DNA of 64,000 nt from Pseudogymnoascus verrucosus (taxonomy: Eukaryota), in the NCBI GenBank assembly GCA_001662655.1, contig KV460218.1. The stretch is one strand, 5' to 3'. Positions 27,303 through 40,364 of this stretch are shown piece after piece. The notes beneath the pieces were generated by a model. It worked only from the letters and a program-made list of their open reading frames with translations. It searched no databases and was not told the origin of the DNA. Numbering within the stretch: the stretch's first letter is position 1; each line of letters begins with the position of its first letter. Made by a program: the position numbers and the translations under genes.

Positions 27303-30300
27303 ATGATAACCCAATCCACAAGGCTCTGTGGGGCCTTGGCCAACCACACAGCATGGCTCTCCCAGCCCACAGTAACAACCCTCAACCGCTCCAAACTCCG
27401 CCTCTACCACTCCACAACACGCCTCTATGAAGAGAAGAAACCCTCTGAGGCCGAGCCCGAAGCCGAAGCCCCCGTCAAATCAATCCCCTACTCCGAGCTC
27501 ACCATCGGTGTCCCCACCGAAGTCTTCCCCGGCGAGCGCCGCGTCGCCATGACCCCCGCCAACGCCGCCCTCCTCCTCAAGAAGGGATTCAAGCGCGTCA
27601 TGGTCGAGCACGGCGCCGGCTTCGCGGCCCAGTTCCCCATCCACGATTACGAGGCCGCTGGCGCCACTATCGCCAACTCCCGCAACGTCTGGACCGAGAG
27701 CGATATCGTGCTTAAAGTGCGCCCCCCTCGCTTGACGGCCGGGAACCCGACGTGGGCGAATGAAGAACCGCAGTTTACTAGCCATGTGAACAACTTCGTG
27801 GACGGTTTCAAGCCGGGTTCGGTTATTATATCGATGCTGCAGCCGAGTTTGGACCGCAATAGGCCGGTCGTGGATATGATGGCCAAGAAGGGGTTGACCT
27901 CGTTTGCCATGGATATGATTCCACGAATCTCGAGGGCGCAGACATTCGATGCGTTGAGCTCCATGGCGAATATCGCCGGATATAAGGCTGTTTTGGAGGC
28001 TTCGAATCACTTTGGCCGATTTATGACTGGGCAGACGACTGCGGCGGGGAAGATCCCGCCTTGTAAGGTGTTGGTTATTGGAGCTGGTGTTGCTGGACTC
28101 AGTGCTATTGTTACGGTAAGCAGTTAGCTGCAGTTCGATAAGGGGACAATTCTGACATATATAGGCTCGCCGCATGGGCGCTATCGTCCGTGGTTTCGAT
28201 ACACGAAGTGCTGCACGCGAGCAGGTCCAGTCGCTCGGAGCAGAGTTTATCGAGGTCGATATGGAAGAAGACGGCTCTGGAGGTGGCGGTTATGCCAAAG
28301 TCATGTCGAAGGAGTTTATCGCGGCAGAGATGAAGCTCTTCCTCGAACAGTGCAAGGAGGTTGACATTGTCATCACGACTGCACTGATTCCTGGCAAACT
28401 GGCTCCTACCCTGATTACTGAAGAGGTTTGTTATTCCTGCATTGTGATTTTTGTGGCTTACAGCTGACAATTTGTAGATGGTATCGGCAATGAAGCCTGG
28501 CTCTGTCGTTGTTGATTTGGCTGCTGAGGCTGGTGGTAACTGCGAAATCACTGTACCAGGCGAACTGGTTACTCACAAAGGCGTGACTGTGATTGGTACG
28601 CTCTCATATATTGATTCACTGCATAGACACTAACGTATGAAAGGTTATACGGACTTCCCATCACGTCTCCCGACACAGTCGTCCACATTGTACTCCAACA
28701 ACATCACTAAATTTCTCTTATCTATGTCACCCAAGGAGAAGCACTTCGGTATCGACTTAAACGACGAAGTGGTCCGACGCTCCATCGTCACCTACAACGG
28801 CGAATTCCTCCCCGCTCTGCCTCCCCTCGCACCGCCTCCCGCACCCGCACCAAAGGCAGCCGAGGTCAAGGAAGAAGTCCTGGCTGTGACCCCATGGCAG
28901 AAAGCTTCCCGGGAAGTCATGACTGTCACCGGCGGCATGGGCGCCGTCCTCGCTCTTGGAAAGCTAACGGGGCCCCTCTTCATGGGTAACCTCTTCACCT
29001 TCTCTCTCGCTGGTCTGATCGGCTACCGCGTCGTCTGGGGCGTCGCGCCCGCCCTGCACTCCCCGCTCATGAGCGTCACCAACGCCATCTCTGGAATGGT
29101 CGGTGTCGGTGGCTTCTTCATCATGGGCGGCAACTACCTACCCGAAACGATCCCGCAATTCCTCGGCGCGGCTTCTGTGCTCCTTGCGTTTGTCAATGTT
29201 ACCGGTGGCTTCGTCATTACGAAGCGCATGCTCGATATGTTCCGTCGCAAGACTGATCCCCAGGAATACCCGTGGCTTTACGCCATCCCGGGTATACTCT
29301 TTGGTGGTGGTTATATCGCTGCTGCTTCGACTGGTATGGCTGGGCTCGTCCAGGCTGGGTACCTGGTTAGTTCTATGCTCTGTATTGGATCCCTCTCTGG
29401 ACTTGCGTCGCAAGCAACTGCTCGCACGGGTAACCTCCTTGGTATACTCGGTGTAGGGTCCGGAATCCTCGCCTCTCTCGCAGCCTGCGGTTTCACCACC
29501 CCACAGCTAATCCAAGTTCTCGCCGTCGCTGGTCTAGGTTCCGGAATCGGAGGAGTAATCGGACGACGCATCACCGCGACGGAGCTCCCCCAGACAGTAG
29601 CCGCACTCCACTCTGTCGTAGGTCTTGCCGCTGTCCTCACCTCCATCGGCTCCGTTATGGCTAGTGTGGGTGGTGATCACATTTCGATGCTTCACATGGT
29701 GACTGGGTACCTCGGTGTCCTGATCGGTGGAGTGACCTTCACCGGGTCTATCGTGGCTTTCCTCAAGCTCGCAGGTCGCATGTCTTCCAAGCCCACAATC
29801 CTCCCCGGCAGACACCTCATCAACGGCGGCATGCTCGCCCTGAACGCCGCAACAATGGGTGCCTTCGTCACAATGGCCCCCGGCGCTCCAGCCGTTGCCG
29901 CTATGTGCCTCACCGGCAGCGCCATCCTCTCTTTCGCCAAAGGATACACAACCACCGCCGCCATCGGCGGCGCCGACATGCCCGTCGTCATCACGGTCCT
30001 CAACGCCTACTCCGGCTTCGCCCTCGTAGCCGAAGGTTTCATGCTCGGCAACCCCCTCCTCACCAGCGTCGGCTCCCTCATCGGCGTCTCCGGCAGCATC
30101 CTCTCCTACATCATGTGCAAAGCCATGAACCGCTCCCTCACCAATGTCCTCTTCGGCGGCATCTCCTCCGCGCCCGCACGCACAGACTACAAACTCGAGG
30201 GCGAGCTAACCACCACCTCCGTCGACGAAGTCGCCACGAAGCTCCTCGAAGCCGAAAGCGTCATCATCGTCGTAGGCTACGGCATGGCGGTCGCCAAAGC

Positions 30301-30742
30301 GCAATACGCGATCGCGGAGTTCACGGCCCTGCTGCGCGCCCGCGGCGCTAAGGTCCGCTTTGCTATCCACCCCGTCGCGGGCCGCATGCCGGGACAATGC
30401 AACGTCCTTCTCGCCGAGGCGAGCGTGCCCTACGACGTGGTGCTGGAGATGGACGAGATCAACGACGATTTCAACGACACGGATCTGACTATCGTGATTG
30501 GGGCGAACGACACGGTGAATCCGATCGCGCTGGAGAAGGATAGTCCGATTGCGGGGATGCCGGTGCTGCATGCGTGGAAGAGTCGGAATACGATTGTGAT
30601 GAAGAGGGGGATGGGGAGTGGGTATGCGGATGTGCCGAATCCGATGTTTTATAAGCCGAATAATCGCATGTTGTTTGGGGATGCGAAGACGAGCTGTGAT
30701 GCTATTGTTGCGGCTGTTAAGGCGGGGGTGGAGTTGAAGTAG
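27303..30742 (+). CDS. NNT: Mitochondrial proton-translocating NAD(P) transhydrogenase (single-chain dI-dII-dIII)
   Basis: Introns 28116-28164, 28426-28477, 28596-28643. Presequence-like N-terminus; [61 protein letters not shown]. Confidence 0.97.
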
Positions 30743-30943
30743 ATGGAGACGGTTATGTTTATATTGAGGGTTATGTTTATATTGAGGGCTAGGTGCTGAG
30801 CCTGGGAGAGTTTGAATGTAGATAGCTCGACGCGTTTTTTAGCATTTACAGTTTTTGTTCAGATTTTTACTGGTTTTCTTGATATTTGCTCTGACTCCGC
30901 TGCCTGAGGAGCTACGTTAACTACCTCGTACGCAGAAGTCCTA

Positions 30944-32911
30944 TCATGACCCGTCGAAATTCCAGTTACTTGAGTTACAGCCCAGGTTCGCGTCCACGCT
31001 GGTCATGTCTTCGAGCCATGAACAATCCTGAAAGCAATCCGTATTGGGATCTGTCGATTCAAACGCTGCGAAAAGATCGTTTGGTGCTTCGATAGGGGGG
31101 CTGGCGACGCTTTGCGTCCTTGACCAGAACGGAAATACTGGACACCGACCGGGTTTTATCCGTTTATTACAAGGCTTAGCTTCGCTCTCAAACGCCGTCC
31201 CATGGACAGGTTCCCCATCAACCGAGCTGGCACTCTGAGGCAGTTTCTTAAGCCGTTCATAAGACGTCTTGACATTCGCGAATATAGGCCCCATCAGCGA
31301 AAACAGATCCCGTCCAGCGGGAGCTTCTGCAGTCGAACCAGTAATGCTTTGCATACGGTAGCAAAGCAGGTCGAGGTAGATTTCTAGTTTGACTTTATCT
31401 CTTGCAACGCACACGTCCCAGAGAGGGAGCTGCGGGGTGCCTATTGATAAAACGTAGAGAATATAGACACTGCCTATCAAACCCCACCATTGAGGCACGG
31501 CAAGCTTTGGATACTCGGAGAGGGAGAATGAAAGGAATGTCTCTACGTAGCATCGCGCGGAGTCGAGGCAGGCCATTATCACGTCGAGTTGACTGGACGT
31601 GGGGGCCGCATTCAAGCCACCTAGACTCTCCTTGTTTACCATACCTTTACTTAGCATGTCCATTTCATAGGCATGCAAGGTCGCAAGACAAGATGCAAGG
31701 GTTGTCGGCAAGCAATCTGAAGGTTCGTTGGGCAGTAATTCGTCTAGCTTTGCTCGGAACGTTTTCAGATGTGTTTGGACTTGTTCTGAGCTGGATGAGC
31801 ATGAGTAATCAATATTGGTGGGTAAGAGTAGATCATGAAATTCGTCGCCGAGAAGCTGGGTTTGAAGAAGCGGCAGTATAAGAGCATCTGTCTCGTATTC
31901 TGGGTCTTTTGATAGAGATTGGGCGCATTGCATCATGTATTCGGTATAGTGAATATTGTTTGGTTTTCGCCATACCCACGCCGAGGCCGAGGAGAGGTAG
32001 TAGCACCCGATATACGCTCTTCTGGCTGCTCTGCTAAAGAATATATCATCTGGTGCCCCGCCAGCTGAGGAATGATGATCTAACTGCAGGCCAGCCTTTC
32101 TAGCACTGGCCTCACAAGGCCCGAGATCAAGTCCCATATCGATGCAGATGCTAATAGCAACATGAAGAAGCTGATTGAAGAGTCGTTTCTTCGGGAAGTG
32201 GAAAAAGTGTTCCCAGGTGAGATAGATAAGAATGGCTTGTAGCAGATCAATACTTTTGTCTCCTTCAATCATGACTGTTCTCAGCAGCCGTTCCCGGAGG
32301 CTTCTCTCAAGCGTACTCTGCAAATCTGGGTTCTCACGGGATGCTGCAGCAAGCACCGCGTGTAAGAGAAACGGATGGTCTTGCCTCAGTGACTCAATTG
32401 TGGCCCCTTCTGGTACCACAACAAATGGGGAGTATTGGCACATTTCTCGGTACTTTAATAAGTACGCACCGGCGGTGCATGTGGTAAGAATACCACACCC
32501 GAAGAGCTGCTCAATAACGTGCTCGTCCTGATCAACAGAACCACTGTCCGCTACCTGGGTGCTCGAGGAACTTGATGCGATTGGCGCAGTATAGCTGCTT
32601 AAACTCGGATTATCCGGACTGAGATTCTCACAAGTCGAACCCTGAAGTGACTGGAGCTGGGCGTTGCTCGCCTCTAGCTGCCTAGCCAATTCTGATAGCT
32701 TTGCCTCCAAGGCTTCGACAGTAGTGGGGTCATCAGGTGCCTTCCGCTTCTTCCGCTGCTTTAGCTCCTCAAATACACAGCATGCACCTGACCTCTGGCA
32801 TTTCTGGCAGATATTCCCGCCGTCTGAAGAAGGCAGGCACCTAACTTTCAGGTCACGACAAGGCTTGCACGCACGTTCGGTCTTCCTGGGCTTACTTGGG
32901 CAGTTATCCAT
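30944..32911 (-). CDS. Zn(II)2Cys6 transcription factor (intronless)
   Basis: ACKPCRDLKVRCLPSSDGGNICQKCQRSGACC, then coiled coil and KSIDLLQAILIYLTW region. Confidence 0.92.
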   Translation of the reverse strand: MDNCPSKPRKTERACKPCRDLKVRCLPSSDGGNICQKCQRSGACCVFEELKQRKKRKAPDDPTTVEALEAKLSELARQLEASNAQLQSLQGSTCENLSPDNPSLSSYTAPIASSSSSTQVADSGSVDQDEHVIEQLFGCGILTTCTAGAYLLKYREMCQYSPFVVVPEGATIESLRQDHPFLLHAVLAAASRENPDLQSTLERSLRERLLRTVMIEGDKSIDLLQAILIYLTWEHFFHFPKKRLFNQLLHVAISICIDMGLDLGPCEASARKAGLQLDHHSSAGGAPDDIFFSRAARRAYIGCYYLSSASAWVWRKPNNIHYTEYMMQCAQSLSKDPEYETDALILPLLQTQLLGDEFHDLLLPTNIDYSCSSSSEQVQTHLKTFRAKLDELLPNEPSDCLPTTLASCLATLHAYEMDMLSKGMVNKESLGGLNAAPTSSQLDVIMACLDSARCYVETFLSFSLSEYPKLAVPQWWGLIGSVYILYVLSIGTPQLPLWDVCVARDKVKLEIYLDLLCYRMQSITGSTAEAPAGRDLFSLMGPIFANVKTSYERLKKLPQSASSVDGEPVHGTAFESEAKPCNKRIKPGRCPVFPFWSRTQSVASPPIEAPNDLFAAFESTDPNTDCFQDCSWLEDMTSVDANLGCNSSNWNFDGS

Positions 32912-34070
32912 GGTGCCAGCCAAGAAATAAGGTTGTGCATTGAACAATTCATCAATTATTGCATTTTGTAGGTAAAACGACCATGTGAGAGGCTCTTCTG
33001 GGCTCTCTCCGAGGTCGACGCGGCATTCGAAATTGTCGCTTAATTTCTCGCCGTCAGCGCCTGCTCTAAAAAATCAGGCGCTGAGGACCTGGTCCTGGCT
33101 TAATTAGGCTCGGGGTAATCTAGGCCGGATATATGGCTTGGCATCTAATGATAGGGCCGAACACAACGAGTCTAAATAACATATAGCTCCTACTATCAGT
33201 AGACGACCCGGAAGGAATACCTGCATTTGTGAATATACCTCCGCACAGGCATACAAACTGCCACGGCGATCTTCCTTCTTTTACAACTCTTGCAGAAATG
33301 ACATAGCCGGAGACCTGGGGAATGAGGGGCAACCCCAGATGCCACTGGGAATAGTTGCTGATCCCGAATCCTTCGAGGATGACCGCTGCTGGCGACCCCG
33401 CGATTCGTTCATGGATAGTCGTACAACGTTGCGCCATAACCGTTGGAGCTGCATTGAAGCTGCAATATGAGAGAGGGTGCGGGGTCAAAACGCAGTTCCT
33501 CGGAGGCCAAATTGTAGAAATTTGGTCCCCGAGAATCTACCCTTTGACTGCAGATTCAGTATAACGTTAGACTCTCCGGTTCCACCTTGTCAGCTGGCAC
33601 TACCGAGCTAGAAACCAACTTTGCATGTATTTCGATGCAAAGCTTTGGCCGTGGGTTGGTGGGTTAAAGTGTCTCTGGATGAGCCTGCAGAGTGGGGAGC
33701 CCTGTCTTAGTCCGCGTCTTCCTAAGACATATAATCGAAGGACGAGGGCCACCGCGTGTGTCCGGGAACTCGCCATACTTCCGAGCACTCTGACCTGCCT
33801 CTCTCATTTTGTGATCTGCATTATCATCCTGGTGAGCTGGTGTCACTCGCCATGTCAGTGAGATGGCTAGCCTTGGCTGCTTGCTGTGAGCAGGATGACA
33901 GAGACATTCCCTGCGGATTCAAGTGAGAGCTACCCTTCTTAAAAGGTTGGTCCTGGACGCCTAAGTATTTTTTTTTCTTTCTCACTTCTTATCGCCTCCG
34001 TCGCTCCGACAAGATTCACAGCCCTTTGTTTTGAAGTTGCTATCGTTTTCTTATACTTGCTACGGGCAAG

Positions 34071-36308
34071 ATGCATTTCAAAGCCAGCCTTCTTTTGCCG
34101 CTGTTGGCAGATGCTGTCCTAGCACGCAGTCTCGTAGGGGATTACCAGAAGCCCAATGTCAACCGAGCCGTTTCGTATGCTGTGAAGGAACCACCGTTGA
34201 CAACGGACTGGACCTACAAGGTTGGCACAAACCCATGGCCCGAATATCCCCGGCCTCAGCTTCAGCGCGCTGAATGGCAAAACCTGAATGGAATCTGGAA
34301 ATACCAAGATGCCGGCAGCTTAGATGCCCTCAATACCCCTCCCTTTGGTCAGGAGTTGGCTCAAGAGGTCTTAATCCCTTCTTGCCTCGAGAGTGGCCTT
34401 TCTGGAATCCTAGGCACTAACACGATATTTTCGTGGTTCTCTACCTCTTTCAAAGTTCCATCGTATTGGTCTGGACAGCAGCTCCTACTCAACTTTGGCG
34501 CAGTGGACTATGAGGCAACTGTATTCGTCAATGGCCAAAAAGCTGGTTTCAACCGCGGAGGTTACGCTCGCTTCACCGTGGACGTGACGAAATTCGTATC
34601 ACAAGATGGAGAGAACGAGCTGTACGTAATTACCTATTTCTATACAAAATATTTGGTGGCTGACGCATCTGAAATGTCAATAGGCTCATTTTTGTGCACG
34701 ACCCGACGGATAGTGACGGTGTTGTGATTCCAATTGGAAAACAGACCCTCCGTCCCAGTCACATCTTCTACACTCCCTGCAGTGGAATCTGGCAAAGCGT
34801 CTGGATTGAGCCTGCCGCCGCGGCAAACTACATTACTCAGCTTGATCTTGATGCTAATATGCACGGCCAAGGTGAGATAGCCAGTGAATATATCTGCTAT
34901 ATGAGCTAACATCAATATTAAAATAGTTAATGCCACAGTTCACAGCTCCAGTGGAAAGAGGACGGCCGTTACAGTTACTGTCTCTGACAGTAAGACAAAT
35001 AAACAGGTAGCCTCTTACAAAGGTTTCTCAGATTCTCCATTCCAGTTTACCGTCTCCTCGCCCAAGCTGTGGTCCCCTGACTCCCCGACTCTTTACAACG
35101 TCGCCGTCAAAATGGGCAAGGATAAAATTACTAGCTATACTGGATTCAGGACTATTGCCAAAGGTGAAGTTAACGGAGTCGTTCGACCCATTCTGAACGG
35201 AGAATCTATTTTCATGTTTGGAACCTTAGACCAAGGTTATTGGCCCGATGGATTATACACCCCTCCAAACAGAGAGGCGATGGTATTTGATCTGGAAACC
35301 CTGAAGAGTCTCGGTTTCAACATGCTCCGAAAACATGTAAGCAATTACTATCCAAATAACGAGCCAAGAAGCTAACTGTATTCGCCCTGAAAGATCAAAG
35401 TCGAATCTGACTTGTTCTATCAAGCCTGTGACCAAATGGGCATTATGCTCATTCAAGACATGCCATCTCTCGGCACGAGGCAACCAAATGCAGAGCAGCA
35501 AGAAGAGTTCACTCGTCAGCTTGAGATTTTGATCAATCACCACAAGAGCTACCCAAGTATTGTAACATGGGTGAGTACAACACCAGTCAATCCTTCTCCC
35601 CGACCATTACTGAGATATTCTTAGGTTATTTATAACGAAGGCTGGGGCCAGTTGATCGATGGGTATCCTGAATATGGCCTCACCGATCTTGTCAGGTCGC
35701 TCGACCCAACACGACTGATTGACGCCACCAGTGGATGGCACGACCATGGGGCTGGAGACTTCAGCGTGAGTAGAATAGCAACGTATTGGATTTGTTTGTT
35801 ACTAACGGGATCGATCAGGACAACCACCACTACGCCAATCCCCAGTGCGGCACTCCTTTCTATTCCATTGCATCCACCCCATTTGACCCCACCCGGATCG
35901 GTTTCCAGGGAGAATTTGGAGGAGTTGGACTGAACACTACAATCGACCAGTAAGTTTACCCATCAGGTAATTCCTGCAGCTTCTAACGGTACTCTCCTCT
36001 CTAGTCTCTGGAATGACCAAAATGCGATCAATGCCATCAACCAAACCTACGAGATCAACGAGTCGCTTGAGGCTTGGAATTACCGTAGCCATCTCCTTCT
36101 CAGCGAGCTTCTGGATCAGACCAAGATGTTTTCATGCAACGGTGGAGTATGGACGCAGACTACTGATGTTGAAGGCGAGGTTAATGGGCTCTTGACATAT
36201 GATCGTAGAATCCTTAGGACAGACGTCAAGCAGTGGAAGACGGATATTCAGAATCTCTATGACGCTGCTAAGGCCCGACGCACCACGGCGGGCATAGATT
36301 GGGCCTAA
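34071..36308 (+). CDS. Glycoside hydrolase family 2, predicted secreted
   Basis: Signal peptide; WPEYPRPQL, NLNGIW, LNFGAVDYE, GIWQSVW, LWSPDSP, GTLDQGYWPDG, GFNMLRKH, YNEGWG, GEFGG, WTQTTDVEGEVNGLLTYDR. About six introns. Confidence 0.93.
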
Positions 36309-36828
36309 AGATAACTACACTGGGCCACATAACTTAATAATCTCAGTGTATCCGTTAGAACCTAAATATATATATATGGTTTTGGGGATCACGACTACTT
36401 GATATCTTGTTGGCATTGGTGTACATGCTTTCTATTAAACCTCCACGTGCCGAAGGTCGGAGCAGGGACGGTGATGACCGCCAGCGATTATAGTAACTAT
36501 GACTAAAATGAAGGCTCTCGATCACCCAGGGCTATAATTTTCGTATTATAGCCTATCAATAAGCTAGAGAAGTTGAGTTTCTTCCGCGCCGGCTGTGGCG
36601 CTCGACCCACAACCCGCGACCCCGCGATTTGGCAGTGAGATTCCTCCGCGATCCGCGATCTGGGTTCCGCGATTTATCACTTGCAGTATCAGAGACCTTC
36701 CGTGGGACCCGCGCTCACATTCCTATAAGAACTCACAATTTATCATGCCATATCCTACTCTATAATCACTTCGTTGACGAAGAAACCCCATTCTTACGAT
36801 TAACACTTTCGATTCCGATTTATCCAAA

Positions 36829-37506
36829 ATGGCGCCCATCCAATTCGGGATTCTTTTGATTCCTTTCCAGATTCTAGACGTCATTGGACCAGTCGATATT
36901 CTCTCATCTTCCTCAATCCCCTACCTCAAGGGAAGCGGAGAGGCCATTGGGGAGACACTGGAATTCGCCGACCGTGGCCTTGATATTGAATTCCATTATA
37001 TCGGGGACACTATGGATGGGCTAGCTGGAACGGCAAATTGTACAATTAAGCCAACCACCACCTGCGCGACATGTCCCAAGCTCGATTACCTCCTCATTGG
37101 CGGACCGCATCCCGAATTCTTCCTTAACGTACCGGACGTCTTTGCAAACTTCATTCGAGAACGAGTAGATGGACTCCAGGGCCTGTTCACAACATGCACT
37201 GGTGGAATGGTTGCCGCCACGGTTGGTATTCTCGATGGCCGAACGGCGACAATGAATCATCAGTATCTGGCAAAGGCCAAGGAGCTGAAGCCGGACGTTA
37301 ACTGGTCATCGAAGCAGTGGGTTGTGGACGGGAAATTCTGGACGGCAGGCGGGGCAGTTGCTGGGATGGATATGTTTGCGCACTGGGTCACTGAGAAGTG
37401 CGGTCAGGACGTTGCGGAGTTTGGATACATGGCGCTGGATTTTGAACCTCGTGATGTGGACGGAAAACCGGTTCCTTTGAAGACAAGCCTTAGGGGTAAC
37501 AATTAG
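36829..37506 (+). CDS. DJ-1/PfpI (ThiJ) family protein
   Basis: FQILDVIGP, LDYLLIGG, nucleophile elbow TTCTG, WVVDGKFWTAGGAVAGMDM; intronless. Confidence 0.9.
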   Translation: MAPIQFGILLIPFQILDVIGPVDILSSSSIPYLKGSGEAIGETLEFADRGLDIEFHYIGDTMDGLAGTANCTIKPTTTCATCPKLDYLLIGGPHPEFFLNVPDVFANFIRERVDGLQGLFTTCTGGMVAATVGILDGRTATMNHQYLAKAKELKPDVNWSSKQWVVDGKFWTAGGAVAGMDMFAHWVTEKCGQDVAEFGYMALDFEPRDVDGKPVPLKTSLRGNN

Positions 37507-37767
37507 TGACTCCGCGCCCGATAGGTTCTATCGCAGGAAGTCGTCGGATTAGGCCCTGACAATGAATGTTCGGTCTTTAGGTGTTATAATGAGACCTAGA
37601 GAGCAGAGTAACTCAGTAGTGCCATAAAAATATAGGACATCGAATAAAATTCGGGTATTGATTGGTATGTGATCTAATGAGCCCTATCGACGCCTACGTA
37701 GCCAGATTTCCTATCAGCTTCCCTGATCCCACTAAAAAACGCCCCCCATAAATTCGTTAAGTCGTCT

Positions 37768-40036
37768 CTATCTCCGCCTTGACGACCGCGTGCTAGCAAC
37801 CGGCTCGAAAGCATCATCATCATCGCTAATCTCATCATCACTCAACTCTGCCTTTGCCTTCCCCTTTCCCCTCCCACCAACCTGGCTTCCCATTTGGCTG
37901 AAATTCAGCTGTGACTGCGTCGAGGGTTTAGCTCTCGTCGAAGCAGCCCTCTTTGGTTGACTTTTCGGAACTGGCGCCTCGTCGAGCATTACTATATCTT
38001 CATCGTCATCATCGTCAACGAACATCCCTGTGTTGACCTTCGACTTCGCAGGTGCCTTCTTCGGCGCAGGCGTCTTCTTTGGCGCTGCAGGTTTACGAGC
38101 AGCAGGCGCGGCGCGCTTAGCTGGGGCTCGCTTTGCGGGAGCAGGCGCAGGGGCTGGGGTATTAAATGGATCATCGTCATCCTCCACAATTGGGCTCGCG
38201 ACCCTTCCTCTCCGCCTCGCCGCTGCAGCTGGGGCAGGCGCAGGGGTATCGTCCTCATCATCCTTCTCCCAGGCGCCAGGCTGGTCCTCCCACTCGCCGT
38301 CCATATCCGAATCCCAGTTGACCGGCCTCGGCTTGAGTTTCCTGGATGAGCGGCCGCGACGCGCAAGCGTCCCTTCGTGGAACTGCTTGTCAATCTGGGC
38401 AGCGTAGCGTGCCATAGCGGAGTCAAGGTCTTCTTCGTCGTCTTCGAGGGAGAGCAGTGTCTGCACCTGCCCCTCGAGAGACTGATCCACAAAGACTTGC
38501 ATGGCATGCTTATCGTCCTTGTCCACGAACTGGCTGACGGCATCGCCGAAAGGCGCCTGAGGAAGGATCTTGAGGCTCTGCGCGTTGAGAAACTCTCGAA
38601 CGAGCTTGCTGACCTTGACATTATCGATGGACAGATTGGCTATGACGGACTCCTCAGGCATGTCGGCCGCGCCATCCTTCTTGCTGTTCGCGCCACCTCT
38701 GCTCTTGCGCCGCCAGAACTGGATAACATCATTTACGTTGGCAACCTTGCCAACAAAACGGTTGGAAAAGCGCTGTGGGTTTTCGCAATCGTAACGTCCG
38801 CCCTCGGGGGCCGTGTATTCGACTTTGAGGCGCACGAGAGGAAGGGGAACCTCGATTGGCTCGTCGCTGTCCGCGTCTTGGATTTCCAGCCAGTCACGTT
38901 TTGCCTCTTCAATTAGGTCTTCGACAACCTCCATCAGTCGCCGCGTGAGCTCCTGCTTATTTTCCTTCTTCTTGTCCAGGCCTTTGAAACGCCTGTCATC
39001 AGCGAGAACGATCTCTTTCGTAATGAACGGCCGTACTGTTTTGATACGGTGCTTTTCGACGGTAAATTCTCGGCCAGTTACGTTCAAGATTGCCACATGT
39101 TTTGGTACAGCTTCTCCTGGAACCAGGGACGTAGCAACTGACGAACCGGGCTGCATGACATGGAATGAGGTTTCAGGGTTATACTTTGGATCAATGAGGC
39201 ACTCGTGCTCATGTCCCCAAACGACCAGGTCCATAAATTCGGGCAAGAAGTTTTCCGGCAGATATCCCGTCTCGCTGTGAGCATGGTGGTTTTGGTGGAC
39301 GGCCATGATGTTAAACCAATCATCCTGTTGCACTCCAGGCTTAAAGAACGTCACTTTCCCGTCCCTGAAAGTTCTGAACAGCCGCTCATCTCTGACATTG
39401 CTCATGCCATATAATGCCAGTTTTGTTTGTCCTTTTTGCAGTAGAACCGGTTTTATAGCAATATTATCCGACTCCGGCGTCCTCCCAAAGTAGTTCAGAA
39501 GCCCTGAGACTTGCAGAAGATCGAGCGAGCAAAAGTGTCCATCTCCGGACGGATCATCGTGGTTTCCATGTATAGAAAAGACTGGTATGGCGACATTGAT
39601 ATCGGGATCTTCGTAGTTGACGTGGTTAAATGCCCCATCAAAGACTTCGTTTGCATCGCTCAGCATCTCGAGCTCACATGGTTTATCGCCCAGGCAGGTC
39701 ATCCGAAGAGAGCGCATGACTTGGTACATAGCCTTTCTGGAGGGCTTGTTATCGTGGAAAAGATCGCCCGCCAGGAGAACCATGTCGACCTGCACTTATC
39801 AGCTTATGACTCTCTGTGACCGAAGGTGGTGCCAACATCTTGTGTCTTCGCAAGGGTCAGAACTTCATGGAAGCTCTTCCAGCTGTCGTCCTTGCGGATC
39901 GGATCTCTTTCCTCGTAGCCAACATGGCTGTCTGTTGCAACTAGGATTCGTATAGTATCGGCGTCTGCCATGATGTTAGGTTTGTTCACTGGAATCTACG
40001 GAGCAAAGGAGGAGTATTACCTCCAAGTTCAGACAT
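37768..40036 (-). CDS. MRE11: Double-strand break repair nuclease Mre11
   Basis: Exon 1 40036-40021, exon 2 from 39964, second intron near 39.79-39.84 kb. Motifs [43 protein letters not shown]. Confidence 0.97.
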
Positions 40037-40364
40037 CCTGCCGCCTGCCTAGTCGCAGGCACTCAATGCCCACGTCTGCGCAAATTTTGCTTCAAATCTC
40101 CATGGGCAAAAAAACTCTTTAAATTCCACACCAGCACAGTTCTCAATACTATTTGTTGGAGGAATTCGGAGACGAAATGTATAAAAGCTATATAAATTCT
40201 CAGGCTCTCTCTCTGCCTGGAGCGTCTAAATCTGGGGAAACGCGACCTCCGAACACTAGCGCAGATAATCCCTGTCAACCTTTCCACCCCTTCCGAAATT
40301 TATCGCGAGACAGCTCCTTTGCGACGACGACATCCAACTCACGAGTCAATCACCACTCGCAACC

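Noticed and set aside
30751..30788. 18-bp tandem duplication after the NNT stop
   Set aside because: Ordinary slippage in a 3' UTR
10649..37506. Secondary-metabolite cluster
   Set aside because: No PKS, NRPS, terpene synthase or other backbone enzyme; gene functions are heterogeneous
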